Assembly (NCBI GenBank): GCA_028711415.1
Contig: JAQTSG010000001.1
Coordinates: forward strand, 1-55,872
Reading direction: 5' to 3'
Origin: Patescibacteria group bacterium
GTDB lineage: Bacteria; Patescibacteriota; Patescibacteriia; Patescibacteriales; JAQTRU01
DNA: 55,872 bases
A program made the position numbers and the translations under genes. Below the pieces are notes generated by a model. That model ran no database searches. It was not told the DNA's origin and was given only the letters and a program-made list of their open reading frames with translations. This document shows positions 46,429-55,133 of the stretch, piece by piece (within the stretch, counting starts at the first letter, position 1; each line of letters opens with the position of its first letter).

Positions 46429-47820
46429 ATGAAATATAAGAAGACATATTACATAATCACCATCGGCTGCCAGATGAACAAGTCAGATAGTGAGAGAGTG
46501 GCGGCTTACTTAGAAAAGCATGGATACAGTTTAGCCAAGAGCGAAACTAAGGCGGATTTAATCGTGTTAACGACCTGCGGGGTCAGGCAGGCGGCCGAAG
46601 ACCGAGTTTATGGTTTGGTAGGAAAAATCAAGAAAAAAAATCCGAAGGGGAAATTAATTTTGACCGGCTGTTTAAGCGAACGGGAAGATGTTCGCCAGAG
46701 GTTAGGGGATAAAGTGGATCTGTGGCTACCAATATCACAAATTTTAAATTTTAAATTTCAAATTTTAAAGAAAGCCCGAAACCCGAAACCCGAAACCCGA
46801 AACTGCGATTATCTAGGGATAAAACCTAAATATAGTTCTAAATTTTCCGCTTTTGTGCCGATTGGCAACGGCTGTAATAATTTTTGCGCTTATTGCGTCG
46901 TGCCTTATGCTAGGGGGCGGGAAGTTTACCGGTCGGCCGAGGAGATTTTAGCCGAGGTGAGAGATCTAGTGGCGAGAGGTTATAAAGAAATTGTGTTGAT
47001 TGCGCAGAACGTTAACAGTTATAAAGTCAAAAGTCAAAAGTCAAAAGTCAAAAGAATTAATTTTTCTAGATTATTAAGGATGATAAGTGGTATTTCTGGG
47101 GATTTCTGGATAAGATTCGCCACCAGCCATCCGAAGGATATGAGCGATGAATTGATAAAGACCATTGCCGAATGCGATAAGGTTTGTAAACATATTCATT
47201 TGCCCGTGCAGGCCGGAGATGACGAAGTGCTTAAAAAAATGAATAGAGGATATACGAGGGAAGATTATATAAAATTGGTAAAGAAGATAAGAAATAGTTT
47301 GGAAATCCTAAATCCTAAATCCGAAATCCTAAACAAATTCAAAATTCAAAATTCAAAACCGGAGAGATTTAATCCTGTTTCGATAACAACTGATGTAATT
47401 GTCGGGTTTCCGGGCGAGACGAAAAAACAGTTTGCTAATACTGTAAAATTATTTAAAGAAGTAAAGTTTGATATGGCTTATATTGCCCGCTATAGCGGGA
47501 GGCCGGGAACAGCCGCTTATAAACTAAAAGATGATGTTTCGCTTGCTGAAAAAAAGAGAAGAGAAGAGGAATTAATAAAAATTTTACGTCGGACCGCGCT
47601 GGAAAATAATAAAAAGTATTTGGGGAAAACGGTGGAGGTGTTGGTTGTTGGGAAAAGCAGGAAGGGGGAGTGGTATGGATATACGGAGACGAATAAGAAT
47701 ACGGGAATTAAGATTTATGATTTAAGAATTAAGAATATTATTGGGAAGTTTGTAAAAGTTAAAATAATTAAAGCGAGAGATTTTGGGTTGGAAGGAGTGT
47801 ATACGAAAGAAACGAAATAA
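46429..47820 (+). CDS. miaB: tRNA methylthiotransferase MiaB (radical SAM) with three repeat-derived insertions
   Basis: GCQMNKSDSE, TTCGV, TGC N-domain cysteines; GCNNFCAYCVVPYARGRE radical-SAM motif; C-terminal TRAM. Confidence 0.9.
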   Translation: MKYKKTYYIITIGCQMNKSDSERVAAYLEKHGYSLAKSETKADLIVLTTCGVRQAAEDRVYGLVGKIKKKNPKGKLILTGCLSEREDVRQRLGDKVDLWLPISQILNFKFQILKKARNPKPETRNCDYLGIKPKYSSKFSAFVPIGNGCNNFCAYCVVPYARGREVYRSAEEILAEVRDLVARGYKEIVLIAQNVNSYKVKSQKSKVKRINFSRLLRMISGISGDFWIRFATSHPKDMSDELIKTIAECDKVCKHIHLPVQAGDDEVLKKMNRGYTREDYIKLVKKIRNSLEILNPKSEILNKFKIQNSKPERFNPVSITTDVIVGFPGETKKQFANTVKLFKEVKFDMAYIARYSGRPGTAAYKLKDDVSLAEKKRREEELIKILRRTALENNKKYLGKTVEVLVVGKSRKGEWYGYTETNKNTGIKIYDLRIKNIIGKFVKVKIIKARDFGLEGVYTKETK

Positions 47821-48006
47821 AACGAAAAAGACGAACTCAATTCTGTGGATAGCCGTTTAAATCCCCGGCCAGCTCCGCTAGCGGGGCAGGCTGTTTAAAT
47901 CTATGCTTTTATTTTTTGCCTTGATTTATATAGATTTAAACTGATTTGTGTCAAAAAGAAAACCCCGGAGGTGAAGTCCGAGGTTTGGAAAAATGATTGG
48001 CTGAAC

Positions 48007-48447
48007 TTATAGTATTATAGGACCATAATAAATTGTAGCCAGATTCAGGATGATAGCTAAAATTGCAATCACGGTCCTTACGACTTTATTTTGGTCGAAC
48101 TTTCCACATAGCTCCCGGAATGCGGCGTCTAATCTAGCCGCCTCATCTATAACCACAGCCGCACATACAAACGTAAGAGTCGCATTAAACATAATAGTTA
48201 TCATACTCGTCGCACCCAGAGTGGCAGTTATAAATACAAGTCCGCCCAAACCCAAAGCCATAACTGGGTATTTGCCTATACGAAATAGTACCGGCGTTAC
48301 AGCCGCGGTTGCCATCGCGACCGCAAGCATAATTGCCAATCTTTGGCCGTTATCTCCCGTCCCTTTAGTGAGGGTAGAGATTCCGACAGTAAGGGCAATA
48401 ACTGTTATTACAGCAACAGCATGACTGCAAAGTAATAACTTTTTCAT
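48007..48447 (-). CDS. Orphan 146-aa four-TM membrane protein
   Basis: AGGAGG 5 nt upstream of the ATG; Ala/Thr/Val-rich helices; minus-strand hairpin terminator near 47964-47990. Confidence 0.6.
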   Translation of the reverse strand: MKKLLLCSHAVAVITVIALTVGISTLTKGTGDNGQRLAIMLAVAMATAAVTPVLFRIGKYPVMALGLGGLVFITATLGATSMITIMFNATLTFVCAAVVIDEAARLDAAFRELCGKFDQNKVVRTVIAILAIILNLATIYYGPIIL

Positions 48448-48543
48448 TTCAGCCTCCTAAAAACTGAAGAGTTGAAAGTATAGTGGGAATGCCAAACTAT
48501 GAAAGATCAAATTGATAGATAACCATATCATAAAATAATTATT

Positions 48544-49518
48544 ATGTCAATATCCAATCACCGCCTTAATTATTATGGCGGGACAGGCAAAATTATTGTA
48601 ATTTTAGGACCGACATCTTCTGGCAAAACCAAGCTGGGGGTTGATTTAGCGTCTAAATTTAACGGGGAAGTTATTAGCGCGGATTCAAGGCAGGTTTATA
48701 AGGGAATGGATGTGGGAACCGGCAAAGACCTGGATGAATATAAAATAAAAGATAAAAAATCAAAAATAAAAAATATTGAATATCATCTGATTGACGTGGT
48801 TAATCCTAACACCAGATTTAGTTTGGCTAAATATCAGAAACTGGCGTTTGGGGCGATAGAGGATATTTTAAAACGAGAAAAGACGCCGATTATAGTGGGC
48901 GGAACCGGGCTTTATTTGCAGGCCGTGGTGGATAATTATAATTTAAGCGGGGTTAGGCCGGATAAGAAGCTACGGGAAGAATTAGAGAAAAAAACGGTTG
49001 AAGATTTATTTTTGGCGCTTAAAAAAATAAATTCTAAATTTGCTGAGCGATTGAACGATAGTGAGAAAAAAAACAAGAGAAGGTTAATTCGTTATCTTGA
49101 GATAATGCAGAGCGAAGGGGTTCGACCCCCTATAGGGGGTCGAACCCCCAAAGCTGGCTATGACTTTCTTTTACTTGGTTTAACCTGGCCTAAGGAAGTT
49201 CTGAAAGAGAGAATTTATAAAAGATTGATAGAAAGATTAGAAAAAGAAAATATGGTTGAGGAAGTGAAAAAATTACACGAAGAAGGCGTGAGCTGGAAGC
49301 GGCTGGAAAGTTTTGGCTTGGAATATAAATATATTTCTTTATATTTGCAGGAGAAATTGGTTTATGAAGAAATGGTGGAAAAGTTATTTATCGCCACTCG
49401 GCAATTCGCCAAGAAGCAGATGACTTGGTTTAAGCGCTGGGAAAAGCAGGGGAGAAAGATTTATTGGGTTAAGGATAAAGAAGAAGCGGAAAAACTGGTA
49501 GAAAAATTTTTAAAATAA
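48544..49518 (+). CDS. miaA: tRNA dimethylallyltransferase
   Basis: GPTSSGKT P-loop, ISADSRQVYKGMDVGTGK motif. Confidence 0.9.
   Translation: MSISNHRLNYYGGTGKIIVILGPTSSGKTKLGVDLASKFNGEVISADSRQVYKGMDVGTGKDLDEYKIKDKKSKIKNIEYHLIDVVNPNTRFSLAKYQKLAFGAIEDILKREKTPIIVGGTGLYLQAVVDNYNLSGVRPDKKLREELEKKTVEDLFLALKKINSKFAERLNDSEKKNKRRLIRYLEIMQSEGVRPPIGGRTPKAGYDFLLLGLTWPKEVLKERIYKRLIERLEKENMVEEVKKLHEEGVSWKRLESFGLEYKYISLYLQEKLVYEEMVEKLFIATRQFAKKQMTWFKRWEKQGRKIYWVKDKEEAEKLVEKFLK
49117..49149. repeat. Palindrome GGGGTTCGACCCCC-TATA-GGGGGTCGAACCCCC inside the miaA reading frame
   Basis: Direct read; encodes GVRPPIGGRTP. Confidence 0.9.
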
Positions 49519-49520
49519 AG

Positions 49521-49556
49521 AAGGGTTAATGCCATAATACGACATTAACCCTTTTG
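49521..49556. terminator. Bidirectional terminator between convergent genes
   Basis: AAGGGTTAATG-N11-CATTAACCCTT. Confidence 0.75.
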
Positions 49557-49559
49557 TTT

Positions 49560-49991
49560 CTAGACAGCTACCTTTTCGGCTGTAGCTATGCTTTTCCCTC
49601 TTTCGGCTTTTTGGATTTTTATAGCTTCGATCACGGTGAGGCCAGCCTTTTCTAAATCTTCGGCTGACATTTTGGAACGACTGCCTTCAAAATTGTGTTT
49701 TGCGACTTCGGCAACGGTATCCTGGGCAATTTTACATAGGACGCAGTCATCACCGTTATGGCAGGCAAATTTTAGCGGCAAGAAAGGCAGTAGCTGGGGG
49801 ACGTGACATTTTTTGTTTGTTCCCCCGACTTTTTCCATTATTGGACAATTTTGGTTGGCGCGTTTTTGTCTTTCTGCAGTCTCGCTACATCCCGCCATTT
49901 CGTTTATGGTGCAGCTTATGGTGCCCATCCCACAATTGCCTAAAAAAAGGCAGGGCGGATTTTCCCCAACTGCTAATACGTCCTTTAACAT
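49560..49991 (-). CDS. Orphan 143-aa protein with nine cysteines
   Basis: Cys at CLFLGNC, SC, GC, NC, KCH, ACHNGDDCVLC; no family recognised. Confidence 0.55.
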   Translation of the reverse strand: MLKDVLAVGENPPCLFLGNCGMGTISCTINEMAGCSETAERQKRANQNCPIMEKVGGTNKKCHVPQLLPFLPLKFACHNGDDCVLCKIAQDTVAEVAKHNFEGSRSKMSAEDLEKAGLTVIEAIKIQKAERGKSIATAEKVAV

Positions 49992-50041
49992 TTTCCGTAT
50001 CCTTTCTTTAAGTTTTTATTGCAAAGATCGATTTTTCGCCT

Positions 50042-50076
50042 AAAAAAATATCCCGTCCACTGGACGGGATATTTTT
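50042..50076. terminator. Perfect 12-bp-arm hairpin flanked by A7 and T5
   Basis: ATATCCCGTCCA C TGGACGGGATAT. Confidence 0.8.
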
Positions 50077-50186
50077 AGAAAATAGTATTCCCACAAGGTG
50101 AGGTCACCTCGCGGAAAGGATATTTTAGATTTTTTTTATTAATATAGTTATCCACAAGGTCTGTAAATAATAGTCAAATTAATAAC

Positions 50187-50215
50187 AGTATAAGGCAGAA
50201 TTTTAAATTTGTCAA
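50187..50215 (-). promoter_or_regulatory. Promoter TTGACA-17-TATACT on the minus strand
   Basis: Reverse complement of 50187-50215. Confidence 0.65.
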
Positions 50216-50263
50216 AAATTTTTAAAATGAGGATAAAAATTTTGCCAATATTAAACAAATTTA

Positions 50264-50623
50264 TTAAACTGCCTTAGGAATTTCCGAAACGTTTTTGTCT
50301 TTTCCATGAATTTTTTCCTCTATTTCACCAAATTCTCCCATGGTTTTTAAAACCCTTTCTTTTATTCTTGCCTCTGCTTTTTTTATGATTATTATTCTTA
50401 TTTTTTCCTCCAGGGTTGTTAAAAAACCTTCTTTTGAAATGGAAGAGTCTTTAGGCAAGTGATTAAACTCGTCAATAAGAGAAGCAGTTATTTTTTCTTC
50501 GTCTATGTCTTCGGGATTATAATCTCTGTCTTTTTTGATTGATCCAAGAATGTCTGAAATTTTTTCACGAATTTCCAGATCTTCAAGATCGCCTTTTATT
50601 ACTTCGGGTTTTTCTCGGTTCAT
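50264..50623 (-). CDS. Hypothetical acidic 119-aa protein
   Basis: ORF only; Glu/Lys/Ile-rich. Confidence 0.45.
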   Translation of the reverse strand: MNREKPEVIKGDLEDLEIREKISDILGSIKKDRDYNPEDIDEEKITASLIDEFNHLPKDSSISKEGFLTTLEEKIRIIIIKKAEARIKERVLKTMGEFGEIEEKIHGKDKNVSEIPKAV

Positions 50624-50643
50624 GTTGATTTTAGTTAGATTAA

Positions 50644-50862
50644 TTAAGCCGCTAATTCTTTTTTTTCTTCGTCCGGATTTTTTTCTTCGTCCAAGCCCGC
50701 CTCTTCAAGAGCTCTTTTTAGACTTGCCCGGGCCTCTGCGCCCTGCTTTCTTAACCCGGCCTCTCTGGCCGCTGCCAATCGTCTCTCTGCGTCAGGATTT
50801 TCTTTTTTAAACTCTGGTTTAACGCCAGGGCTGCCGAAACCAAGTTGTTCAAATTTTGGCAT
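50644..50862 (-). CDS. Hypothetical 72-aa charged protein
   Basis: Start set at MPKFEQ (50862) because the 58-nt element shared with the atpD upstream region ends at the same spacing from this ATG. Confidence 0.45.
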   Translation of the reverse strand: MPKFEQLGFGSPGVKPEFKKENPDAERRLAAAREAGLRKQGAEARASLKRALEEAGLDEEKNPDEEKKELAA

Positions 50863-50877
50863 ATTTTTCAAACAAAG

Positions 50878-50935
50878 TTAAAGATAAAAAATAAAATATA
50901 AAAAATAACGTGATCTATCTTTAATTTTCTATTTT
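50878..50935 (-). repeat. 58-nt AT-rich element (inverted partner of 24063-24120)
   Basis: Reverse complement matches 24063-24120 with 2 mismatches. Confidence 0.85.
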
Positions 50936-51028
50936 CTTTCTTTATTTTTTTAAGCGGTTCCATAACAATTTTAGGATTTGTCCCGCCCGCCCCGCTCCTG
51001 CGGTGGCCTTGGCCGGATTTCGCTTCGC

Positions 51029-52537
51029 TCAACTTTTCAATAATCTTTTAAGGATATCTATAACAATTTTCGGGTTGGCCTTGCCTTTTGTGGCTGACAT
51101 AACTTGCCCGACAAAAAATTGTAGGACATTTTCCTTGCCACGTCTATACTCTCTGGCCTGCTTTTCGTTTTTCGCTATTATAGATTTTACTATCTTTTCT
51201 AACTCGGCCTCATCATCAATCTGCTCTAATCCTAAATCAGCCATAATGTTGGTGGGATCGCCGCCCTTTTTATACATTATTTCCATTATTTTTTGAGCCG
51301 CCGTGGAGTTTATTTTATCTTGGTAAATAAGAGCAACAAGTTCAGCAAAGTTTTCCGGAGTGATTTTTACCTCGGTAATGGATTTTCCGTCTTTGTTAAG
51401 ATGCTTAAATAATTCGCTAAGAAGCCAATTGCCCGTAATCTTGGCCAGCTTATTTTTTTGCCTTTCCCAATCGTCTCCGGTTGAACATATCCAGGCCCGC
51501 AGTTCGGAAATTACTTTTTCCGTGTAGTCGGCTAAGTTTTTATCGCTTACCAAAATTTCCGCCGCGGCTTCGTCAAAATTATATTCGGCTTTAAAACGTT
51601 TCTTTTTCTCCGGCGGCAATTCAATTAATCCGGCTTTTATTTCTTCCAACCATTGCCCGCCAATTTTTATGGGCGGAATATCCGGCTCCGGAAAATAGCG
51701 GTAATCGGAAGAAGTTTCTTTTATTCTTTGCCTTACAGTCTTATTTTTATTTTCGTCCCAGCCCCGCGTTTCCTGGACTAATTTTTCTCCCGTCTCCAGG
51801 GCCTTAATCTGCCTTTTTATTTCATAATCAATAGCTTTTTCAATAGCGCGGAAAGAATTTATGTTTTTTAATTCCGCTTTTGGATTTAGCTTGTATTTGC
51901 CAATCGGTTTTATCTCGCAATTACCTTCGTATTTCCATTTGCCTTTTTCCTGCACGCTCACATTAGCTTCGCAGCGCATCTCGCCTTTTTCCATATCCGC
52001 GTTGGAGATATTTAAATAGCGAAGAATCTGCTGAAAAATCTGGCAGAATTTTTTCGCCTCGGTCGCGTCTTTAATTACCGGTTCGGTTACCATTTCAATT
52101 AAAGGGGTGCCGGCGCGGTTAAAATCAAGCAGAGTATAATTTTTTTCGGTTGGGTGTGTGGACTTTCCCGTATCTTCTTCTAAATGCAGGCGGGTTATTT
52201 TTATATCCCGATCATTAACTTCAAGATGCCCGCCGTAGCAGAAAGGCAGGTCATACTGGGAAATTTGGTAACCCTTGGGCAGGTCCGGGTAAAAATAATT
52301 TTTTCGGTCAAACTTAGAAAGCGTCCTTACTTTGCAGTTTAGAGCCAAACCAGCCAAAATCGCCCATTCTATGGCCTGCTTATTAGGAGTAGGCAGAGTG
52401 CCGGGATGGCCTAAGCAAATCGGGCAAACAGTCGTATTGGGTTTTTCCCCCAAAGAGTCATTATTACAGGAGCAGAACATTTTTGACTTGGTTTTTAGCT
52501 CGGCGTGAATTTCTAAGCCGATAATTACGTCGTACAT
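51029..52537 (-). CDS. gatB: Asp-tRNA(Asn)/Glu-tRNA(Gln) amidotransferase subunit B
   Basis: IGLEIHAEL, CPICLGHPGTLP motifs; C-terminal GatB/YqeY domain. Confidence 0.95.
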   Translation of the reverse strand: MYDVIIGLEIHAELKTKSKMFCSCNNDSLGEKPNTTVCPICLGHPGTLPTPNKQAIEWAILAGLALNCKVRTLSKFDRKNYFYPDLPKGYQISQYDLPFCYGGHLEVNDRDIKITRLHLEEDTGKSTHPTEKNYTLLDFNRAGTPLIEMVTEPVIKDATEAKKFCQIFQQILRYLNISNADMEKGEMRCEANVSVQEKGKWKYEGNCEIKPIGKYKLNPKAELKNINSFRAIEKAIDYEIKRQIKALETGEKLVQETRGWDENKNKTVRQRIKETSSDYRYFPEPDIPPIKIGGQWLEEIKAGLIELPPEKKKRFKAEYNFDEAAAEILVSDKNLADYTEKVISELRAWICSTGDDWERQKNKLAKITGNWLLSELFKHLNKDGKSITEVKITPENFAELVALIYQDKINSTAAQKIMEIMYKKGGDPTNIMADLGLEQIDDEAELEKIVKSIIAKNEKQAREYRRGKENVLQFFVGQVMSATKGKANPKIVIDILKRLLKS

Positions 52538-52650
52538 ATTTAAGTAATTGGTAATTTGTAATTAGAAATTTGGATTTGGATTTCTATGTTTATTTTATCG
52601 CTAAATGGCGGAAAAAGCAACCGGCGTTTGCCTAACCAAAATAATAATCA

Positions 52651-52685
52651 AAAAGCCGCATCAAATTCATAGATGCGGCCTTTTT
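52651..52685. terminator. Bidirectional terminator
   Basis: GCCGCATC-N9-GATGCGGC flanked by A-run and T-run. Confidence 0.75.
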
Positions 52686-52884
52686 AGAGGTGGGGCCAGC
52701 CAAAATCCCAGGCCCGGCTGACCGGAGTTCTGACAACGTAAGTATAAGAAGATTTTTCCCCGCAATCAGGACAAATAGATTCAATGGTAGAAGAAATTTT
52801 ACCATCAGCATGTTCACACCTGATTTTTGCGCTGTCCATTTGCGCTGGAAACGGTTTTTGGCAAGTTTCGCAGAAGATTTTCAT
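52684..52884 (-). CDS. Orphan 66-aa zinc-ribbon protein
   Basis: CETC ... CPDC pairs; GGGAGG 5 nt upstream of the ATG. Confidence 0.55.
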   Translation of the reverse strand: MKIFCETCQKPFPAQMDSAKIRCEHADGKISSTIESICPDCGEKSSYTYVVRTPVSRAWDFGWPHL

Positions 52885-52961
52885 TGTTTCCTCCCGGTTA
52901 ATAGGGGATAAGAAAAGAACGATTTATAGCATCTTAAATCGTCCTTTTCTTTCTGTCAAGT

Positions 52962-54116
52962 CTAAAAAAGTCCGGAACTGCCAAAGCCGTTATCATTCCG
53001 GCTGGTTTGGTCGTCAATTTTTTCTTCTTTTATTTCCAGATTTGGCGCGGGCTGGATTAAAATCTGGGCGATTTTTTGCCCGGGCGCGATATTATAAATG
53101 TCCTCGCTCAAGTTTACCATATTGACTAAAATTTCGCCGCGATAGCCGGAATCAATTACGCCGGCGGTGGTATGAATGCCGGATTTAGCTATGCCGCTTT
53201 TGTCCCAGATTAAACCGGCGTAGCCAGCCGGAATGGCCATTTTAATTCCGGTACCGATAGTTATGCTGTCTCCGGGAAATAGGGAATAATAATCAGCGGA
53301 AAATAAATCAAGCCCGGCATCGCCTTTATGAGCCCTTTGCGGCAGTTTGGCGTTTGATTTTATTTTTTCTATTTTAATTACCAGACCGGCAGCGCTTTCC
53401 GTCTCAAGAGGCAGGAGAGACTTATTATTTTCATTGATCAGTTTTATTACTTCTTGCCAGACTAAATTATGGATTTCTTGGCGCGTCATAATCTGGCCGT
53501 CTCTCGTGCACTCAATTAAAGTGAAGTCAGGAAAAGTTTTGGCGATTTCCAAATAAACCTGCTCGGCCCGCTTTAAATGGTTAATGTCCGCTTCGTGAAG
53601 GTCTCTTTTTGTCCCGTTTATATAATCGCGATGGCCTTTTTGGTCAACCAATTTCTGGGCTAAGCCGGCTTCAACATGAAGAATAATATTTAAATCCGGC
53701 TTAGGAATATTAAAAATTTCGTATTCAAGCTCGTAGAGCCAGGAAAAATAATTTTTTCTTTCTAAGGGGTTAGCGATTTTTCCGCCCTGATGGCCCATAT
53801 TGGCGGTGACGTAGCGGTTAGCGATGACAATTTTACCCGCTTCCAGCCATTTTTTTATTTTAAAACTCGCGTCATAGCGGTCGCAGGCGTAAAAAATTGA
53901 AGCCCGATAAGGCCCGACTTCTTCGGCCGGCCCGTATTCTCCGTTTAAATATTTTTCTACCAAGCCGGCTGACTTTTCGCCGTACTGGGGAAAATCAACC
54001 ATCGCCACCGCCAAGCCCAAGCTTTCCAGCCGAGCCACAAGCATTTGCGTCTGGGTGGCCTTGCCCGAGCCGTCCGTGCCGTCAATGACAATAAATTTGC
54101 CTGTTTTGTTGTTCAT
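52962..54116 (-). CDS. Fusion protein: thymidylate kinase (N-terminal) + dUTP diphosphatase (C-terminal)
   Basis: N-terminal FIVIDGTDGSGKATQ P-loop and DRY motif; C-terminal GDAGLDL, GVIDSGYRGE, GQKIAQ, GFGSSG dUTPase motifs. Confidence 0.85.
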   Translation of the reverse strand: MNNKTGKFIVIDGTDGSGKATQTQMLVARLESLGLAVAMVDFPQYGEKSAGLVEKYLNGEYGPAEEVGPYRASIFYACDRYDASFKIKKWLEAGKIVIANRYVTANMGHQGGKIANPLERKNYFSWLYELEYEIFNIPKPDLNIILHVEAGLAQKLVDQKGHRDYINGTKRDLHEADINHLKRAEQVYLEIAKTFPDFTLIECTRDGQIMTRQEIHNLVWQEVIKLINENNKSLLPLETESAAGLVIKIEKIKSNAKLPQRAHKGDAGLDLFSADYYSLFPGDSITIGTGIKMAIPAGYAGLIWDKSGIAKSGIHTTAGVIDSGYRGEILVNMVNLSEDIYNIAPGQKIAQILIQPAPNLEIKEEKIDDQTSRNDNGFGSSGLF

Positions 54117-54135
54117 AATTATAATATTTAATTCA

Positions 54136-54267
54136 GACCACCCCTAGCCCCTCCTTATCTAAGGAGGGGGAAATATAATAAAACATTTTTTCTAGTTCCC
54201 CTCCTCGGTTGAGGAGGGGTCAGCTCGTCTCGCCCATAGGCGTCAGCCGAGGCGGAGGGTGGTGGGT
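54136..54267 (+). repeat. GC-rich composite element, copy C (about 85 bp nearly identical to copy B, plus a ~36-nt insertion)
   Basis: Direct read; one mismatch to 34219-34300 by eye. Confidence 0.9.
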
Positions 54268-54346
54268 GTAAGGAATGGCACTTTTACTATAATTGGAATT
54301 TTTAGACAAGAAAAGAGTGCTCCTTGCACCCCCTTGTGATTAAATA

Positions 54347-54487
54347 AAATGACAAATGTCAAAATCCAAATGACAAATCAATGACAAATGTCAAAATCCA
54401 AAAATATTTTTGACATTTGGATTTTGCCTGCCTGCCGGCAAGGCAGGGATTTTATTTGACATTTGAGCTTTGACATTTTGGTTTTTT
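54347..54487. repeat. Heptamer-word inverted repeat (TGACAAA/GTCAAAA word) with central CCTGCCTGCCGGCAAGGCAGGG palindrome
   Basis: Direct read. Confidence 0.85.
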
Positions 54488-54494
54488 AGCAGAT

Positions 54495-55130
54495 CTATCT
54501 TCCAAAAATCTTTGCTATCTGCTCTGTTACTTCCGGTATCGCCGGCATGCCGTCTATTTTTTCATAAACGCCTTTATTTTTATAATAATCAAGCAACGGT
54601 TTGGTTTCTTTGTGGTATAGTTTTAATCTTCTTTTAATTGTGGCCGGCCTGTCATCTTCCCTTATCACTAATTTTTGCCCGCACCCATCGCAAGTTTCCT
54701 CGTTTTTCGGCGGGTTGTAAATTAGATGATAAACCTTTTGGCATTTAAGGCAGGTTCTTCTCTGGCTTATCCTTTTTATGGCTTCCTCGTCGCTGATCCA
54801 GACTTCTAAAACCAGGCCTATTTCTTTTACTTTATCTAAAAATTCCGCCTGGGGCAAGTTGCGGGGAAAGCCGTCAAGCACAAAGCCGTTTTTAGCGTCT
54901 TCTTTTTCTAACCTTTGCTTAATAACCTCATTCGTTATCTCGTCCGGCACTAATTCTCCGGTCTTGACTATTTTTTCTATTTTTTTTCCCAAGGCCGTTT
55001 TTCCTTTGATATGCTCCCTAAAAATGTCACCGGTAGAGATATGAGGGACGCCGAGTTTTTGGCTTAAAATATCGGCCTGCGTGCCCTTGCCAGAACCTTG
55101 CGGGCCCATAATGATTATATTTTTTGTCAT
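54495..55130 (-). CDS. adk: Adenylate kinase (zinc-binding LID type)
   Basis: GPQGSGKGTQ P-loop; CLKC...CDGC LID. Confidence 0.95.
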   Translation of the reverse strand: MTKNIIIMGPQGSGKGTQADILSQKLGVPHISTGDIFREHIKGKTALGKKIEKIVKTGELVPDEITNEVIKQRLEKEDAKNGFVLDGFPRNLPQAEFLDKVKEIGLVLEVWISDEEAIKRISQRRTCLKCQKVYHLIYNPPKNEETCDGCGQKLVIREDDRPATIKRRLKLYHKETKPLLDYYKNKGVYEKIDGMPAIPEVTEQIAKIFGR

Positions 55131-55133
55131 AGT

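Noticed and set aside
34217-54267. Copies B and C of the GC-rich element as borders of a 20-kb genomic island
   Set aside because: The interval holds core genes (Fe-S assembly, miaA/B, gatB, tmk) and no integrase or transposase. A third copy elsewhere shows it is a dispersed repeat.
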